Source: Gemmatimonadota bacterium
GTDB taxonomy: Bacteria > Latescibacterota > UBA2968 > UBA8231
Reading direction: 5' to 3'
DNA length: 16,054 bases
Assembly (NCBI GenBank): GCA_038153405.1
Contig: JAYOYH010000080.1
Location: 1-16,054 of the forward strand
This document shows positions 7,203-15,596 of this stretch, in pieces. The notes beneath the pieces were generated by a model. It worked only from the letters and a program-made list of their open reading frames with translations, was not told the DNA's origin and did not search any database. Positions within the stretch are counted from its first letter, which is position 1, and each line of letters starts with the position of its first letter. The position numbers and the translations under genes are program-made.

Positions 7203-9890
7203 ATGCATATAATAATTGTCCTATGGCTGCTGTTCGCTGCACTGATGGGGCCACAAGGAGCCCGTGCGGCCGAAGAGGGAGAAGCGGCGCAAGCCGATAG
7301 CGCGGCGGTGGAGAAGCAGAAAGACACCGAAGAAGAGGAAGAAGAGGAAGAAGACAAGGGGCCGACTTTCAAAGAGCTCGTTAAAAACTACGAGAAGATA
7401 GAGGGCCTGTTCACGCTCTACCGCAATAAAGAAGACAATGCGGTGTATATCGCGCTTAAGCCGGAGCAGTTCGACAAGGTGCATCTCTGCAACATCACGC
7501 GGACCCAGGGCGATGGGTATTTCTTTGATGCCGCTTCGCTGATTTCGCTGGGGCGCGGCTGGGGCACGTTTCCCTTTGTCTTTGAGCGCGTTGGCAAGAA
7601 GGTGTTTTTTAAGCACGAGAACGTATACTATCGCGCCGAGTCCGACGCCGCCGTGCACCGCGCCGTCGAACGGTTGTCCGACTCGATCATGGGCGTGGGC
7701 GCGATCGAAGGTCAGCCTCACCCGGAGACCGGTGCAGTGCTAGTGGATGCCAGCGGTTTCTTCCTGCAAGATATTGCCCTCATCGGCTTTATCTTGAGCG
7801 AATTTGTCAGCGGGGCATCCTACGGTTTCGACGGAGAGAATAGCTACTTTGGTGAGCTGGCGAATTTTCCCCAGAACACCGAGATACCGGTTGTGCTGCA
7901 CTTTTCTACTGGGACGCCCAAGATCGACGTGCCCACCATGCCGGACAATCGCAGCTTTCAGCACATCTATCACTACAGTTTGAGCAGTTTGCCCGACGGC
8001 GATTTTAGACCGCGCGTTGCCGACGACAGGGTGGGGCACTTTCTGACGATGTATCAGGATTACACATCGGTCCTCAAGGACGATCCGTATACGCGCTATG
8101 TGACGCGCTGGCATCTAGAAAAAGCCGAGCCCAAATTCAAGCTGTCACCCCCAAAAAAACCCATCGTCTACTGGCTGGAAAATACCGTTCCTGTGGAATA
8201 CCGCGCTGCCGTCACAGAGGGTATTCTGCTGTGGAACAAGGCCTTTGAGCGCATTGGCATTAAGGATGCCATCGTCGTCAAGCAGCAGCCCGACGATGCG
8301 GATTGGGATGCGGGGGACGTGCGCTATAGCACGGTGCGCTGGATGGTGCAGCCGGGTCAGGCCTATGCGGTAGGGCCGTCGCGGGCCAATCCCTATACCG
8401 GAGAAATCTTCGATGCCGATATCCGCATCAGCGCTGACTTTATCCGCTACACGCACCTGGAGTTTACGGAATTCGCCGACCCGGTAAGTCGGTCGCAGCG
8501 GGCTGTGGGCGACTCGATCTCGGCGGCGATTGGCCTGACCGGCAATCCGGCGCTGGGGCATTGCGATATGGCCGATGGATTGGCGCTGCAGGCGGCATTC
8601 GGTTGGAATGTATTAGCCGTCCGCTCGGCTGGTGGCCGTTCAGTGGACGAGGAAGAATACATCCGCCAGCTTATTGTCGAATTGGTAGCACATGAGGTAG
8701 GGCATACGCTAGGGCTTCGCCATAACTTCAAGGGAAGCACCATCCACAGCATAGAAGAACTGCACGACGAAAAGGTGTCGAATACCGAGGGGTTGTCCAG
8801 CTCGGTAATGGACTATAATCCAGTGAATATCGCGCCGCAGGGCATGCCGCAGGGAGCCTATTATCAGACGTCGCTGGGGCCGTATGACTATTGGGCCATT
8901 GAATATGCGTACCGGATGTTTGACGAGGAGGACGAAACGAGCGAGTTGGCCGCGCTGAAGAAGATTGCCCGCAAAGGAGCGTCTCCGGAGCTGCCGTACG
9001 GCACCGACGAAGACGCCTTCTGGTGGACGCAGGGCATTGATCCATCGGCGGCGCGCTGGGATATGGGAGACGATCCATTTGCCTACTATAGCAACCGCCT
9101 GGATTTGTCGCGCGAGCTGTGGGGCAATCTGGAGGACAAATTCGAGAAAAAAGGGGCGCGCTACCAGAAGCTGCGCCGAGTGTTCAACTGGGGGTTTAGT
9201 CCCTATTGGCGCGACTCACACAATATCGCTAAATACATAGGCGGCATCTACCACCACCGAGATCACGTGGGCGATCCGGACGGTCGCATGCCGTTAGTGC
9301 CCGTGCCGGCTGACCAACAGCGGCGTGCGTTGGCGCTATTAGTAGACCACGTATTGGGCGCCGATGCCTTTGCCTGGGATGCCCAGTTGCTGAATAAATT
9401 GGCGCCCGAGCGCTGGTGGGATTTCACCGACTCGGTTTGGCGTGTTCGGCGCATCGACCTGCCGATCCACGACATGGTGCTGGGTATTCAGCGCAATGTG
9501 CTAAACCGCCTGTACGACGGCTTGCTATTGGCGCGGCTGCAGGATCTCGAACTGCGCACTGCGGAGAACGAGGCGTTCACTATGGACGAGCTCTTTGTCG
9601 GACTGCGCCAGGCCATTTGGTCGGAGTTGGATGCCGGCGCGCCGGTGAATAGCTTTCGCCGCAACCTGCAGCGGGTGCATCTGCAGATGTTGACCGAGCT
9701 GGTGCTGCGCGCTGGATCGGCGCCGGAAGATGCGCGCACGCTGGCTCGGGCAGACCTGAAAACCTTGAACGAGCGCATTGGGCGCGCGCTGGACGGGGGG
9801 AATATGGACGCCTATACGCAGGCCCATCTGGACGAGACGCAGGCGCGGATTGAGGCGGCGTTGGAAGCGGGGTTGATGCGGAGCTTGTAA
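7203..9890 (+). CDS. Secreted zinc-dependent metalloprotease (metzincin; DUF5117/DUF5118/DUF4953 EcxA-like architecture)
   Basis: Start reassigned to ATG 7203 (SD-like AGAGGG upstream), giving 895 aa. Signal peptide ending ..GARA, acidic linker, FRPRVADDRVGHF, KPIVYW, WNKAFE.IG, NPYTGEI, zinc motif HEVGHTLGLRH (8691-8723), Met-turn SSVMDY, GPYDYWAIEYAY. Confidence 0.92.
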   Translation: MHIIIVLWLLFAALMGPQGARAAEEGEAAQADSAAVEKQKDTEEEEEEEEDKGPTFKELVKNYEKIEGLFTLYRNKEDNAVYIALKPEQFDKVHLCNITRTQGDGYFFDAASLISLGRGWGTFPFVFERVGKKVFFKHENVYYRAESDAAVHRAVERLSDSIMGVGAIEGQPHPETGAVLVDASGFFLQDIALIGFILSEFVSGASYGFDGENSYFGELANFPQNTEIPVVLHFSTGTPKIDVPTMPDNRSFQHIYHYSLSSLPDGDFRPRVADDRVGHFLTMYQDYTSVLKDDPYTRYVTRWHLEKAEPKFKLSPPKKPIVYWLENTVPVEYRAAVTEGILLWNKAFERIGIKDAIVVKQQPDDADWDAGDVRYSTVRWMVQPGQAYAVGPSRANPYTGEIFDADIRISADFIRYTHLEFTEFADPVSRSQRAVGDSISAAIGLTGNPALGHCDMADGLALQAAFGWNVLAVRSAGGRSVDEEEYIRQLIVELVAHEVGHTLGLRHNFKGSTIHSIEELHDEKVSNTEGLSSSVMDYNPVNIAPQGMPQGAYYQTSLGPYDYWAIEYAYRMFDEEDETSELAALKKIARKGASPELPYGTDEDAFWWTQGIDPSAARWDMGDDPFAYYSNRLDLSRELWGNLEDKFEKKGARYQKLRRVFNWGFSPYWRDSHNIAKYIGGIYHHRDHVGDPDGRMPLVPVPADQQRRALALLVDHVLGADAFAWDAQLLNKLAPERWWDFTDSVWRVRRIDLPIHDMVLGIQRNVLNRLYDGLLLARLQDLELRTAENEAFTMDELFVGLRQAIWSELDAGAPVNSFRRNLQRVHLQMLTELVLRAGSAPEDARTLARADLKTLNERIGRALDGGNMDAYTQAHLDETQARIEAALEAGLMRSL

Positions 9891-9896
9891 TGCGTC

Positions 9897-9950
9897 GCAC
9901 GGAAAAGTAGCCCCACTATAACTCCCACGGAGTCGGGGCGTTCTACGTGC
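9897..9950. other. Imperfect stem-loop downstream of the protease gene (possible terminator or stability hairpin)
   Basis: Nested complementary segments GCACG/CGTGC, GCCCC/GGGGC and ACTCC-cac-GGAGT. No clear U-tract. Confidence 0.35.
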
Positions 9951-10046
9951 TGTGCCGATAGGCAAACTTGTGCAAAAAGCAGCAGCGACTGGCGCGCGTG
10001 CGCCACATCTTATGTATGCGAACTACTTACCGTAGAGGATTAATTG

Positions 10047-11009
10047 ATGAGTCTAACCCAAACGCAACTCGATCAGTTTCACCGCGACGGCTATATCGTC
10101 GTCCCCGACGTATTCTCCGATGCCGAAATGGATGCGGCCCAAGAGGCGATGGACGAACTATTCTACGGCAAGCGCTTTGACGCCTGGCTAGCGGAGGTCG
10201 ACGGTGGCCAAGCAGGCGGCGTGTCCGATGGCTTTACTACCACGCACAACCACCAAGAGGGCCGCTCGCAGTTTCCCACCGGCGCGCATGCGCTCGACCG
10301 GCTCATTGAGAACGAGACCTATCTCGATATCTTTGAACAGTGCCTCGGCGACCGACCCGCCTACTGCAACGCGCACCTTTTTCTGCGCTCGGGACCTACC
10401 GACAAACGCCATGCCGAACACCCCTGGCAGGGCTACCACATCGACCACTATACCAACTGTTTATTGCCACCCGCTGACCAGGTCGGCCTCTACGACTACA
10501 TGAATTCCGGCGTATTCCTGCACGACGTGTTAGACGATGGTGCACCGATGTTGGTAATCCCCGGCTCGCATCACGTTGCGCAGCAGGTATACCTCGAGGC
10601 CTTCGCCAACGGCAACGCCAGCGGCGGGTCCATTGACGATGTGCGCAAGGTGAGCGGCCTGGCCAACCCCGTCCCGCAGGTGGGATCGCGCGGATCGGCC
10701 GCCTTCTACTCGTCGTATGCCGTTCACGCCGCCCAGCCTTTCCGCAACAAGCGCGTCCAGCGCGCCTTCTGGACGCTTTCGCTCTGTCGCCGCGACAACG
10801 CGGGCTGGACCCGTTTCGCCAATCCCTTTGTCTACGGCGAGCGCGAGCATATGATGCCTTTTCTGACGCAGACTACGCCGCGCGTGCGTTCGATCTTTGG
10901 CCTTCCCGAACCAGGCCACGCCTACTACACTGAAAAGACGCTCAGCCTGCTCGAAGCGACCATTCCTGGAATAGATGTGGTGCCCTATCGCGAGGCGATG
11001 CGGAAGTAG
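10047..11009 (+). CDS. Phytanoyl-CoA dioxygenase (PhyH) family protein
   Basis: ATG 10047 after SD AGAGGA, 320 aa. Motifs QFHRDGYIVVPDVFS, YHID (HxD), APMLVIPGSH, distal His in YAVHAAQPF, QRAFW. Confidence 0.9.
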   Translation: MSLTQTQLDQFHRDGYIVVPDVFSDAEMDAAQEAMDELFYGKRFDAWLAEVDGGQAGGVSDGFTTTHNHQEGRSQFPTGAHALDRLIENETYLDIFEQCLGDRPAYCNAHLFLRSGPTDKRHAEHPWQGYHIDHYTNCLLPPADQVGLYDYMNSGVFLHDVLDDGAPMLVIPGSHHVAQQVYLEAFANGNASGGSIDDVRKVSGLANPVPQVGSRGSAAFYSSYAVHAAQPFRNKRVQRAFWTLSLCRRDNAGWTRFANPFVYGEREHMMPFLTQTTPRVRSIFGLPEPGHAYYTEKTLSLLEATIPGIDVVPYREAMRK

Positions 11010-11036
11010 CGCCATTCCATCCGTTGAGGGAGCTGT

Positions 11037-12329
11037 TTAATGCGGGTCTACAGCGGGCGGGACGATGGCGCCGTGCGCTTTGAGCAGGGCGCACAAGTCG
11101 GCAAGCGGCACGTCGCCTGGCGTGCTGCCCCGATGAGCCGCAAGCGCGGCCAATGCGCCGGCGACTTGGCCTGTGGCCATGCTCGTCGCCTGCACGCGCA
11201 GCGCAGAGTTGGCGAGTCGATCGCTCGATATACAGCGGCCCGCCACGATGAAGTGCTGGCTCCCTTCGGGGATCATAGCGCTGCGTGGTATGGTGGGCAC
11301 CACGCCTTCAGCCAGCATCTCCATATCCAATCCCGACCCCGAGGATACGTGCAGGTCAATCGGGTAAAACGAATAGCATATCGCGTCGTCCCACAGGCGG
11401 CCCGACTGGTAGTCGTGGACGGTGACCGTTGCATTTCCACAGATGGTAACGGTTTCGCGCACGCCGCATTCGGGTGCTACATATTCGATCGTCAATCCTC
11501 CCAGACCGGGCTGCTTGCGCAGAAAGCGGTATAGCGATAGCAAGCTCTTGCGCGCCTGTAGTTCCAGCTGCGACTTGCCTGTGCTATCGCGTGCATCGAT
11601 ATGGTGTATGTGATTCGACTGCACGCCGCGGCTGTGCAGCCAGCGTTTGAGGTCGGGTCCCGTCGTATTCCACGAGGCGTCCGTGTAGGACAGGCGTCCT
11701 GCTATTACCTCTGCATCAAAGGCGCGGTTCAGGCTTTCCATATCGAGCTCGGCTGGATCGTATCCCCCCACGCGATAAGTCAGCGTGGCCGGTTGCCGCT
11801 CTTCGGGTATGCGCAGAGGAAAGCCGGCCAGAGCGGTCGCATTGGCATCGCCGGTCGTATCCACTACGACGGAGCTTCCACAGCGCACCAACCCTCCTTT
11901 TGTGCACAGGGTGACAAGCCAGCCCTCGGTGCCCACGTACTGCAGATCGGCTACCATGCTATGGAACAGCGCGTCGACGCCAGCGTCGACGACGGCCTCG
12001 TCGCACAGCGCGCTGTAGACGTGGGGATTAACGCGTATTTGCAGCCGGTGATGGGGCTGTTGGTAGTGAGAAAAATCGGGCAGCGTTTCGCCGCACTCGT
12101 CTACACAGGAACGGACTAGCTCCCAGCCGATGCCGGCTATGATCTGGCGCCCCCAGGCGTGAAAAAGACCGGGGAAGTTGACGCCTCCTGCCGTCGTGGT
12201 TCCGCCAAGCATAGCCGATTTTTCTACGAGCAGCGTGCAGGCGCCGCTCCGTCCGGCCTGGACGGCGGCCACAACGCCGGCCGTGCCGCCGCCGATCACG
12301 ATTACATCGTATTGTTTGGCAAGGTCCAT
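11037..12329 (-). CDS. FAD-dependent oxidoreductase (FAD_oxidored / PF12831-like)
   Basis: Start reassigned to ATG 12329 (GGAG upstream), giving 430 aa. Rossmann motif YDVIVIGGGTAGVVAA, LLVEK...LGG, VDTTGDA, GVRE, YPIDLH, IVAGRCISSD...SALRV...MATGQ.AG. Confidence 0.92.
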   Translation of the reverse strand: MDLAKQYDVIVIGGGTAGVVAAVQAGRSGACTLLVEKSAMLGGTTTAGGVNFPGLFHAWGRQIIAGIGWELVRSCVDECGETLPDFSHYQQPHHRLQIRVNPHVYSALCDEAVVDAGVDALFHSMVADLQYVGTEGWLVTLCTKGGLVRCGSSVVVDTTGDANATALAGFPLRIPEERQPATLTYRVGGYDPAELDMESLNRAFDAEVIAGRLSYTDASWNTTGPDLKRWLHSRGVQSNHIHHIDARDSTGKSQLELQARKSLLSLYRFLRKQPGLGGLTIEYVAPECGVRETVTICGNATVTVHDYQSGRLWDDAICYSFYPIDLHVSSGSGLDMEMLAEGVVPTIPRSAMIPEGSQHFIVAGRCISSDRLANSALRVQATSMATGQVAGALAALAAHRGSTPGDVPLADLCALLKAHGAIVPPAVDPH

Positions 12330-12445
12330 ATTCGTCTCCCGCGAACACGTGCTGGGCGAATTGGCCCACGCGCTCGCTGCTCGCATGAAGCATAAATTTT
12401 TGGCTGCACCGTTTGACCAACACATTCAAGTGCGAGTACTAGCGT

Positions 12446-12474
12446 TTGGACGCAGCTTTTATACTACCTATACT
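12446..12474 (+). promoter_or_regulatory. Putative sigma70-type promoter for the symporter gene
   Basis: TTGGAC (12446-12451), 17-nt spacer, TATACT (12469-12474). A second TATACT lies at 12460-12465. Confidence 0.4.
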
Positions 12475-12534
12475 TTGTTCAAATAACATGCGGCGTATAG
12501 TCCGATGAGGCAAAAAATAACAAGAGAGTAAACT

Positions 12535-14238
12535 ATGTTGGGTTTGCACATTGCTGATATAGTCGTATTAGTCACCTATCTGGTGGGCATAATTGCGATA
12601 GGTATCGGCGCGGCGCGGTTGGTTACCAATATCGGCAACTATTTCATGCCTCGGTCGTTCGGCAAGGGCATGCTGATCATGCACGCCTTTGGCACGGGGA
12701 CGCATTCGGACCAAGCCGTCGGCGTTGCATCCAAAACCTTTACCAGCGGTCTGTCGGGCATTTGGTATCAGTGGCTCTGGCTGTTTTGCACCCCGTTCTA
12801 CTGGTTAATTGCGCCGATCATGCGCCGGTTTCGCGCCATCACCGTCGCCGATGTCTTTGCCGTGCGCTATCACCAGAGCGTCGGCATGCTCTTCGCGGTG
12901 GTGGGAATGTTCAACCTGATGGTGAGTATAGGCGTGATGCTCAAGGGGTCGAGCGCAGTTGTCGCTTCCTGCTTTGGCGATGCCGTTTCGCCCAACCTAA
13001 TTATCGCCCTAATGACGGTGATGTTTCTGATCTATGGACTGGCCGGCGGTTTGGCCGCGGCGATTATCACGGACTTTATCCAGGGCATTATGACCATCGT
13101 CTTTTCGTTTGTCCTGCTGCCTTTTGTCTTTTCTGCCGTCGGTGGCTTGGACGGCCTTCGCCAGACGATCACCGATCCGCAAATGTTTTCTCTGGTAGCA
13201 CCGGCCGAAATCGGTGCATTCTATATCGCTGTCATAGCGGTCAACGCCTTAATCGGAATTGTCACCCAGCCGCATACCATGGGCAACTGCGCGGCTGGTC
13301 GCACCGAGTCGGACGGCCGCTTTGGCTTTACTATAGGCAGTTTTATCAAGCGGGTTTGCACCATGGCCTGGAGTCTGACCGGGCTTGCCGCGGTGGCCTA
13401 TTTTGCCGGGCGCGAAGTCGACCCGGACCAGGTCTACGGGCTGATGGCGCGCGAATTTCTGCCGGCTATCTTGCCGGGCTTGCTCGGCGTCTTTCTCGCC
13501 GCGCTGCTGGCTTCGGTTATGAGTTCCTGCGATTCGTTTATGATCGCCTCGTCGGCGCTCTTTACGGAAAATGTCTACAAGCAACTGCGACCCGATTGCT
13601 CGGCCAGTCACTATCTGGCCGTGGGACGGCTCACTTCGCTGGCGGTAGTCGCCGGGGGCGTGTTCTTCGCCTTTTGGCTGAGCGGCGTAGTCGAGGGGCT
13701 AGAGATTTTCTGGAAGATTTCGCCGATGATGGGCATTGCCTTTTGGCTCGGCCTCTTTTGGCGGCGGGCGACGGTGGCCGGTGCCTGGGCTTCGACGATG
13801 GCGGCTCTATTTGCCTGGTGGCTGACGACGACGGGGGCGTTTATCGGCTGGGTCAGTAGCCTGCCCATCAACGATGCGCTGCGCCTAGTGATTGCGCGCA
13901 GCGGCGGCGCCGAGATCTACCTGCCTTGGCAGATGATTTTCTATCTGGTCGTCGGAACGCTTGTTGGTATCGTAGTTAGCCTCTTGACGCGTCCGGTCGA
14001 TCAAGCGCAGTTGGACCGCTACTACGCGCTGGTGCGCACGCCGGTAAAAACTGGCGAGCCGGCACCGGAAGAGCCCTGTGTGATTCCCGCCGGAATCGAG
14101 GTGCCGCCCAAGCGCAACCTCTTCGCCAATAGCAGCATCGAGATAATGGTGCCCGATAAGAGCTCGGTGTATGGTTTTGTGGCGTCGTGGGCTCTGGTCG
14201 GCGCGATGATCTACTTTTTCTTTGCCATAACGCGTTAG
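12535..14238 (+). CDS. Sodium:solute symporter (SSF) family protein
   Basis: 567 aa with many hydrophobic segments. Motifs YGLAGGLAAAIITDFIQG, VGGLDGL, GLLGVFLAALLASVMSS.DS, LGLFWRRAT..GA. Confidence 0.93.
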   Translation: MLGLHIADIVVLVTYLVGIIAIGIGAARLVTNIGNYFMPRSFGKGMLIMHAFGTGTHSDQAVGVASKTFTSGLSGIWYQWLWLFCTPFYWLIAPIMRRFRAITVADVFAVRYHQSVGMLFAVVGMFNLMVSIGVMLKGSSAVVASCFGDAVSPNLIIALMTVMFLIYGLAGGLAAAIITDFIQGIMTIVFSFVLLPFVFSAVGGLDGLRQTITDPQMFSLVAPAEIGAFYIAVIAVNALIGIVTQPHTMGNCAAGRTESDGRFGFTIGSFIKRVCTMAWSLTGLAAVAYFAGREVDPDQVYGLMAREFLPAILPGLLGVFLAALLASVMSSCDSFMIASSALFTENVYKQLRPDCSASHYLAVGRLTSLAVVAGGVFFAFWLSGVVEGLEIFWKISPMMGIAFWLGLFWRRATVAGAWASTMAALFAWWLTTTGAFIGWVSSLPINDALRLVIARSGGAEIYLPWQMIFYLVVGTLVGIVVSLLTRPVDQAQLDRYYALVRTPVKTGEPAPEEPCVIPAGIEVPPKRNLFANSSIEIMVPDKSSVYGFVASWALVGAMIYFFFAITR

Positions 14239-14256
14239 ATCGGCCGATGTAAAAGG

Positions 14257-15384
14257 CTAATGGCCCTGCGCTCCTACTTGTAGCCACCACGCCTCATTGG
14301 TCGGCTGACCGGGCACCGTCAGTATCTGGCCCAGCTGCGGCGTTAACAGGGGCACGCTGTTTTCGTCGCGCAGTGCGGCGAGTTGTCGGATGGGCTCGTC
14401 CCAGTCGTGCAGCGCCAATTCGAACATCCCCCAGTGGACCGGAAAGTGGTGCCTAGCTCGGAGCGCTCGTGCCGCTTGCATAGCCTCTTGGGGAAACATG
14501 TGCACTTCTCGCCACCGCTCGTTGTACTGACCGCTGTCTAAAAACGCCACGTCAAATGGCCCGTACCGCTCGCCGATGGTTTCAAAATGGGTGTCGTAGC
14601 CCGAATCGCCGCTGAAGTAGATGGTGTGATGGGCACTTTGCACCACCCAAGAAGCCCACAGCGTTTCGTTCGGATGGATGCCGTCTCGCCCGGAAAAGTG
14701 CTGCGCCGGTGTCGCGATAAACGTCAGGTCGGGGAAAGCGGCTGCCTCCCACCAGTCTTTCTCCGTCGTCCGCTCTGCGGTAATGCCCCAACCCGTCAGG
14801 TGGTTAGCCACGCCCAGTGGCACCACAAACTGGGTTTCGTGGTCGATGAAAAATTGGACGGTTTCCATATCCAAGTGGTCGTAGTGATCGTGCGAAATCA
14901 GCACGTAATCGATGGGGGGCAGCTCGTGCAGGGCAATGGGCGGATCTTGAAATCGACGCACGAAAAAGGGCACGGGGGCCGCTGCGCCAGAAAAAACGGG
15001 ATCGACCAGGACGATGCGTCCATCCATGTTGAGCAGAAAGCTCGAATGCCCTAGCCAGATGACCTTGAGCGTTGCGTCTGTTGCGCGGAACGCATTGAGG
15101 TCGGGGCGTTGGGAAGGTAAGCGTCCCGGCGGACGCCCCTGTGCCGGCCCGTCCAACCAGGCCTTTAACGAGTCAAAGCTGTAGACGCGTTTGTTCATGG
15201 CTTCCATCGTGCCGGGCAGGCGATTTTCAAACTGTTCCTTATCGATGTCGTAATTTACAGAAGAGGAAAAGCGCTCGATATCTGCTTCGGAAGGACGCGT
15301 TCCCAAGGGCGCGCAGCCCAGCAGGATCACGGCCAAACTACACGCGACCCAATACGCCTGTCGCATCTGAAAGCTCTGTTGCAC
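14257..15384 (-). CDS. MBL-fold metallo-hydrolase (NAPE-PLD/RomA-like), probable exported or lipoprotein
   Basis: GTG start with SD AAGGAG at 15391-15396. Motifs WLGHSSFL, DPVFS, LISHDHYDHLD (HxHxDH), PAQHFSGR, YFSGDSGY, GQYN..W, PVHWG.F. Lipobox-like LLGC near the N-terminus. Confidence 0.92.
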   Translation of the reverse strand: MQQSFQMRQAYWVACSLAVILLGCAPLGTRPSEADIERFSSSVNYDIDKEQFENRLPGTMEAMNKRVYSFDSLKAWLDGPAQGRPPGRLPSQRPDLNAFRATDATLKVIWLGHSSFLLNMDGRIVLVDPVFSGAAAPVPFFVRRFQDPPIALHELPPIDYVLISHDHYDHLDMETVQFFIDHETQFVVPLGVANHLTGWGITAERTTEKDWWEAAAFPDLTFIATPAQHFSGRDGIHPNETLWASWVVQSAHHTIYFSGDSGYDTHFETIGERYGPFDVAFLDSGQYNERWREVHMFPQEAMQAARALRARHHFPVHWGMFELALHDWDEPIRQLAALRDENSVPLLTPQLGQILTVPGQPTNEAWWLQVGAQGH

Positions 15385-15493
15385 CTATCGCTCCTTTTCA
15401 GGGTGTAGCCTTAGTATGCGCACCTTGTTCTTGTTTCCCTGACGTCCGCCGATGCCGTTTGATATGTGGGGCGGAGCGGCGCGCTTCTATATG

Positions 15494-15539
15494 AAATAAA
15501 AAGAGAAGACGCCAGTTATCGACAACCGGCGCCTTCTCT
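15494..15539 (-). terminator. Rho-independent terminator downstream of the His/Glu-rich zinc-finger gene
   Basis: Minus-strand RNA AGAGAAGGCGCCGGUUG-UCGA-UAACUGGCGUCUUCUCU followed by UUUUAUUU. The 17-bp stem has three G-U pairs that would be A-C mismatches on the plus strand. Confidence 0.85.
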
Positions 15540-15596
15540 ATCTACTGTTCGAGGCCGTTATGGCCTCAGAGCGTTACATCGTTTGTGGGGCTCTGC

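Noticed and set aside
9990..10005. TGGCGC-gcgt-GCGCCA as a sigma54 promoter
   Set aside because: The GG-N10-GC spacing is not satisfied, leaving only a short GC palindrome.
12762..13859. 365-aa alternative-frame ORF inside the symporter gene
   Set aside because: Arg-rich and motif-free, as expected for an off-frame reading of GC-rich coding DNA.
14228..14248. Two adjacent 10-bp palindromes (TAACGCGTTA, ATCGGCCGAT) at the symporter/MBL junction
   Set aside because: Loopless and short, partly within coding sequence, and not repeated in the window.
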